NCBI RefSeq assembly: GCF_001194135.2
Contig: NC_068994.1
Span: 20,544,274-20,608,273 of the forward strand
Reading direction: 5' to 3'
Length of the DNA: 64,000 nucleotides
Source of the DNA: Octopus bimaculoides
Lineage: Eukaryota
The notes beneath the pieces were generated by a model. The model was not told the origin of the DNA and did not search any database. It saw nothing but the letters and a program-made list of their open reading frames with translations. Shown here piece after piece: positions 61,707 through 64,000 of the stretch; position 1 is the first letter of the stretch; each line of letters opens with the position of its first letter. A program made the position numbers and the translations under genes.

Positions 61707-63399
61707 ATCCATGTGTTGCTTGTTCCAACAAAAGTTGTAATTTATGAGTTGTACTGTTCTCATTTCTCCTATCAACAAATCATCAGTTCACTTTATGATT
61801 TCAAAGGTACATGAAATAAGAAATTCCTTACTTGAAAACAGTTAAGGGTTAGAGACAGGAAGGGCATCTAGCTGTAAAATGATGCCTCATATAATTGAAA
61901 GGAAACAATTCATCCCTTTAAGAGGAACAATCAGCCCTGAATACTGGTAAGAGATGTGAGGAGGGAATGGTAGGGAGGTGTAGGTGGATACATTTGTCAA
62001 AGCCCTGACTGTTATATAAATAATATAAAATGTTTGCTTTCTCTGTATCTGAAAGTATTGTTGCTTATAATTTGACACATGTAGCAGAGAAACACTTGAT
62101 GAATACAAGATTTTGGAATTACTGACCAACTTTAAACTTAAAAAGAGATCCCAACTCACTTTTTAATGCTGGAAGGAAAAGCCAGAAAGGCTATGACAGA
62201 AATAAATATTACCACTTGAAATGCTGATTATGGAATGTAACAACTCTACCAGAAATTAAATGGACATTTTTCAGAGAATTCAAACCAAGTAACATTTATC
62301 ACATGAATTGCTTGAATATTCACAGACAAATGACATAATAGTGACCACCTCATCCAGTCTGATCATCTTGTTGCAAGACTTAAAGATCACAAAATAATTT
62401 CACTGGAACCTGTACTTATATATAGGGTACTATAGAATGAATTTATTGCTGGAAAATGAGCAATTAATGAAAGCTGGGGAGAGTGTAATAGTTAGTAATA
62501 GAGGAGGTCAGGGAGAGAGGAGAGAGAGTGAGAGAGAAAGAGAGAGAGAGAGAGAGAAGGAATTTTAGAGGTATGAGGATGGTACAATGCAGTCTTTTTA
62601 TACAATGGCATAGTGAAAGGATGAGAATGGTTGATATAGTTCCTAATACATAGGCCTAATAAAGGGTGAAAGAGTCATAGAGAGTAGATGGATGAATGCA
62701 GTTTCGTATATATAGGCCTAGAGGAGGAAAGTGGATCAACGGAGGTAGAAGTGTAAAGTGAGGGGTAGCAAGATGTGCAATGTATGCTTGGCAGAATACA
62801 AAGTATTTCAGCTTCTAAACACTACTTTTATATCAGAGTACATTGCATATTGTACATCAGTAAAGTCCTTTGTCATCTCTTCCATTCTAAAAACCTACTT
62901 GTTTGAAAGTTCATGTTATGTTCATTTTCTGCAGACCTCACTTGCAGCTAGAATACACATCTTGCAGATCTTACTTGCATTGTGTGCATACATTTATGCT
63001 GATTTCATCTGTATCTTGTGTATATGTGCATACAAACCTCACATTTTGCACACATAACATGTAGCTCTGACAGCTCCAACTTGTACCTGGCACATACATA
63101 CATGATATTTTATTCCAGTCCCTTTGGTGACAAGGCATCTTTTCTTTTCAATGCTGTTAGTAATTTTGCCGCTAGTTTTAGCTAGGTGTTGTTTTATATC
63201 AATGCTATTCTTTTTTCAAAGGCATCAATAATACTGCAGTTGATATACTCTCTATCATATTCATTTGAATATACTTCATACTTCTGCTTTTGTAGAGATT
63301 GCAGATGATCAGGTGCAAGATTAAGTGCTTTCATGTGTGGTGTGATGGAGGAAAAAGACAACAAGAAGCAAAAGGACAGAATGAAACGTTGGACCTTAC

Positions 63400-63550
63400 C
63401 TTGTCGACCGCAGCGGAGTACACAATCGCTCTTGATCAAAACACATCTTTCTCGTAAGCTGTCTGTTTTCTGACTGCCCCCACGTGCTAGCCTTCAACAC
63501 GTGTGGCCGACTTTCGGTCTGACCCTTCCGGTTTGGCTTCACTTCCGTTT
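63400..63550 (-). promoter_or_regulatory. Promoter-like CpG-rich island with a minus-strand 5' splice donor
   Basis: Two CACGTG E-boxes (63481, 63498), two ETS-like CTTCCG sites (63525, 63542), and a consensus AAG|gtaagg donor at 63399. Confidence 0.45.
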
Positions 63551-64000
63551 GCCTCATCTCTCTCCACCAACAACACACAGCTCATCACAGCCCATAACAC
63601 CACATCATGTTTCCAGATGGTTTTCTTCACTGATTTTTCAGTTTATGCCTCTTCCTTCTTCAGCTGGATCAAGCTTTCACCATGGTAGTTTAACACCATC
63701 TGTGTGTCTTTTACTAGTGTTCTTATTCCACATCTATTTATATACAATGGGTGGTATGCCTTATATATACATTCATTCAATTGGCACAGTTCTCAGCATA
63801 TCTGTATTTGATGATCACTAACTACTACAAACTAACTGCCCATCTAAATGTGAATATGTGAACATTGCCCTTATTTTGGTAGCTTCCTGTTTGTCCAATG
63901 TACATCATCAAAGTACATAGAACAGAATCCAAGCAGTACACTCAGCCTTTGGGAAGCTCTCCAGTAGAGTCTTTGGGAGCAGTAGTCTTACCATGCATAC

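Noticed and set aside
63102-63330. Frameshifted minus-strand frame MKALNLAPDHLQ...KGTGIKYH
   Set aside because: It needs a frameshift, its donor lies in a (CATA)n repeat, and I do not recognise the product.

Overview
This is AT-rich, repeat-dense eukaryotic genomic DNA with 8 N-gaps. The repeat families look cephalopod-like (Octopus-like), but that is an inference and no database was searched. The only host gene I can support is HPS1 (BLOC-3 subunit) on the minus strand. I reconstructed nine phase-consistent GT-AG coding exons from 54418 down to 2569 (about 620 aa). The C-terminal exons are not found in the window. Exon 6 carries a roughly 200-aa Q/E-rich tandem-repeat insert. Introns and the upstream region are filled with decayed transposable elements: RTE/RTEX-type LINEs with (GAT)n tails, two tRNA-derived SINE families, three mariners, a Tigger/pogo, hAT and piggyBac-like MITEs, a FLYWCH/MULE (Phantom-like) relic, a hAT/Buster relic, a CRE relic, a CR1-like relic, and an inverted pair of Penelope-like elements. 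The most unusual signal is in the Penelope 3' ends: each carries a tRNA-like Pol III head, then (AAT)n, then a minimal type I hammerhead ribozyme. Other notable structures are a loop-less 254-bp palindrome and two three-level TE nestings. There is no CRISPR array, rRNA, bona fide tRNA or prokaryotic operon. Most ORFs in the supplied track are spurious (microsatellite, antisense or N-spanning).
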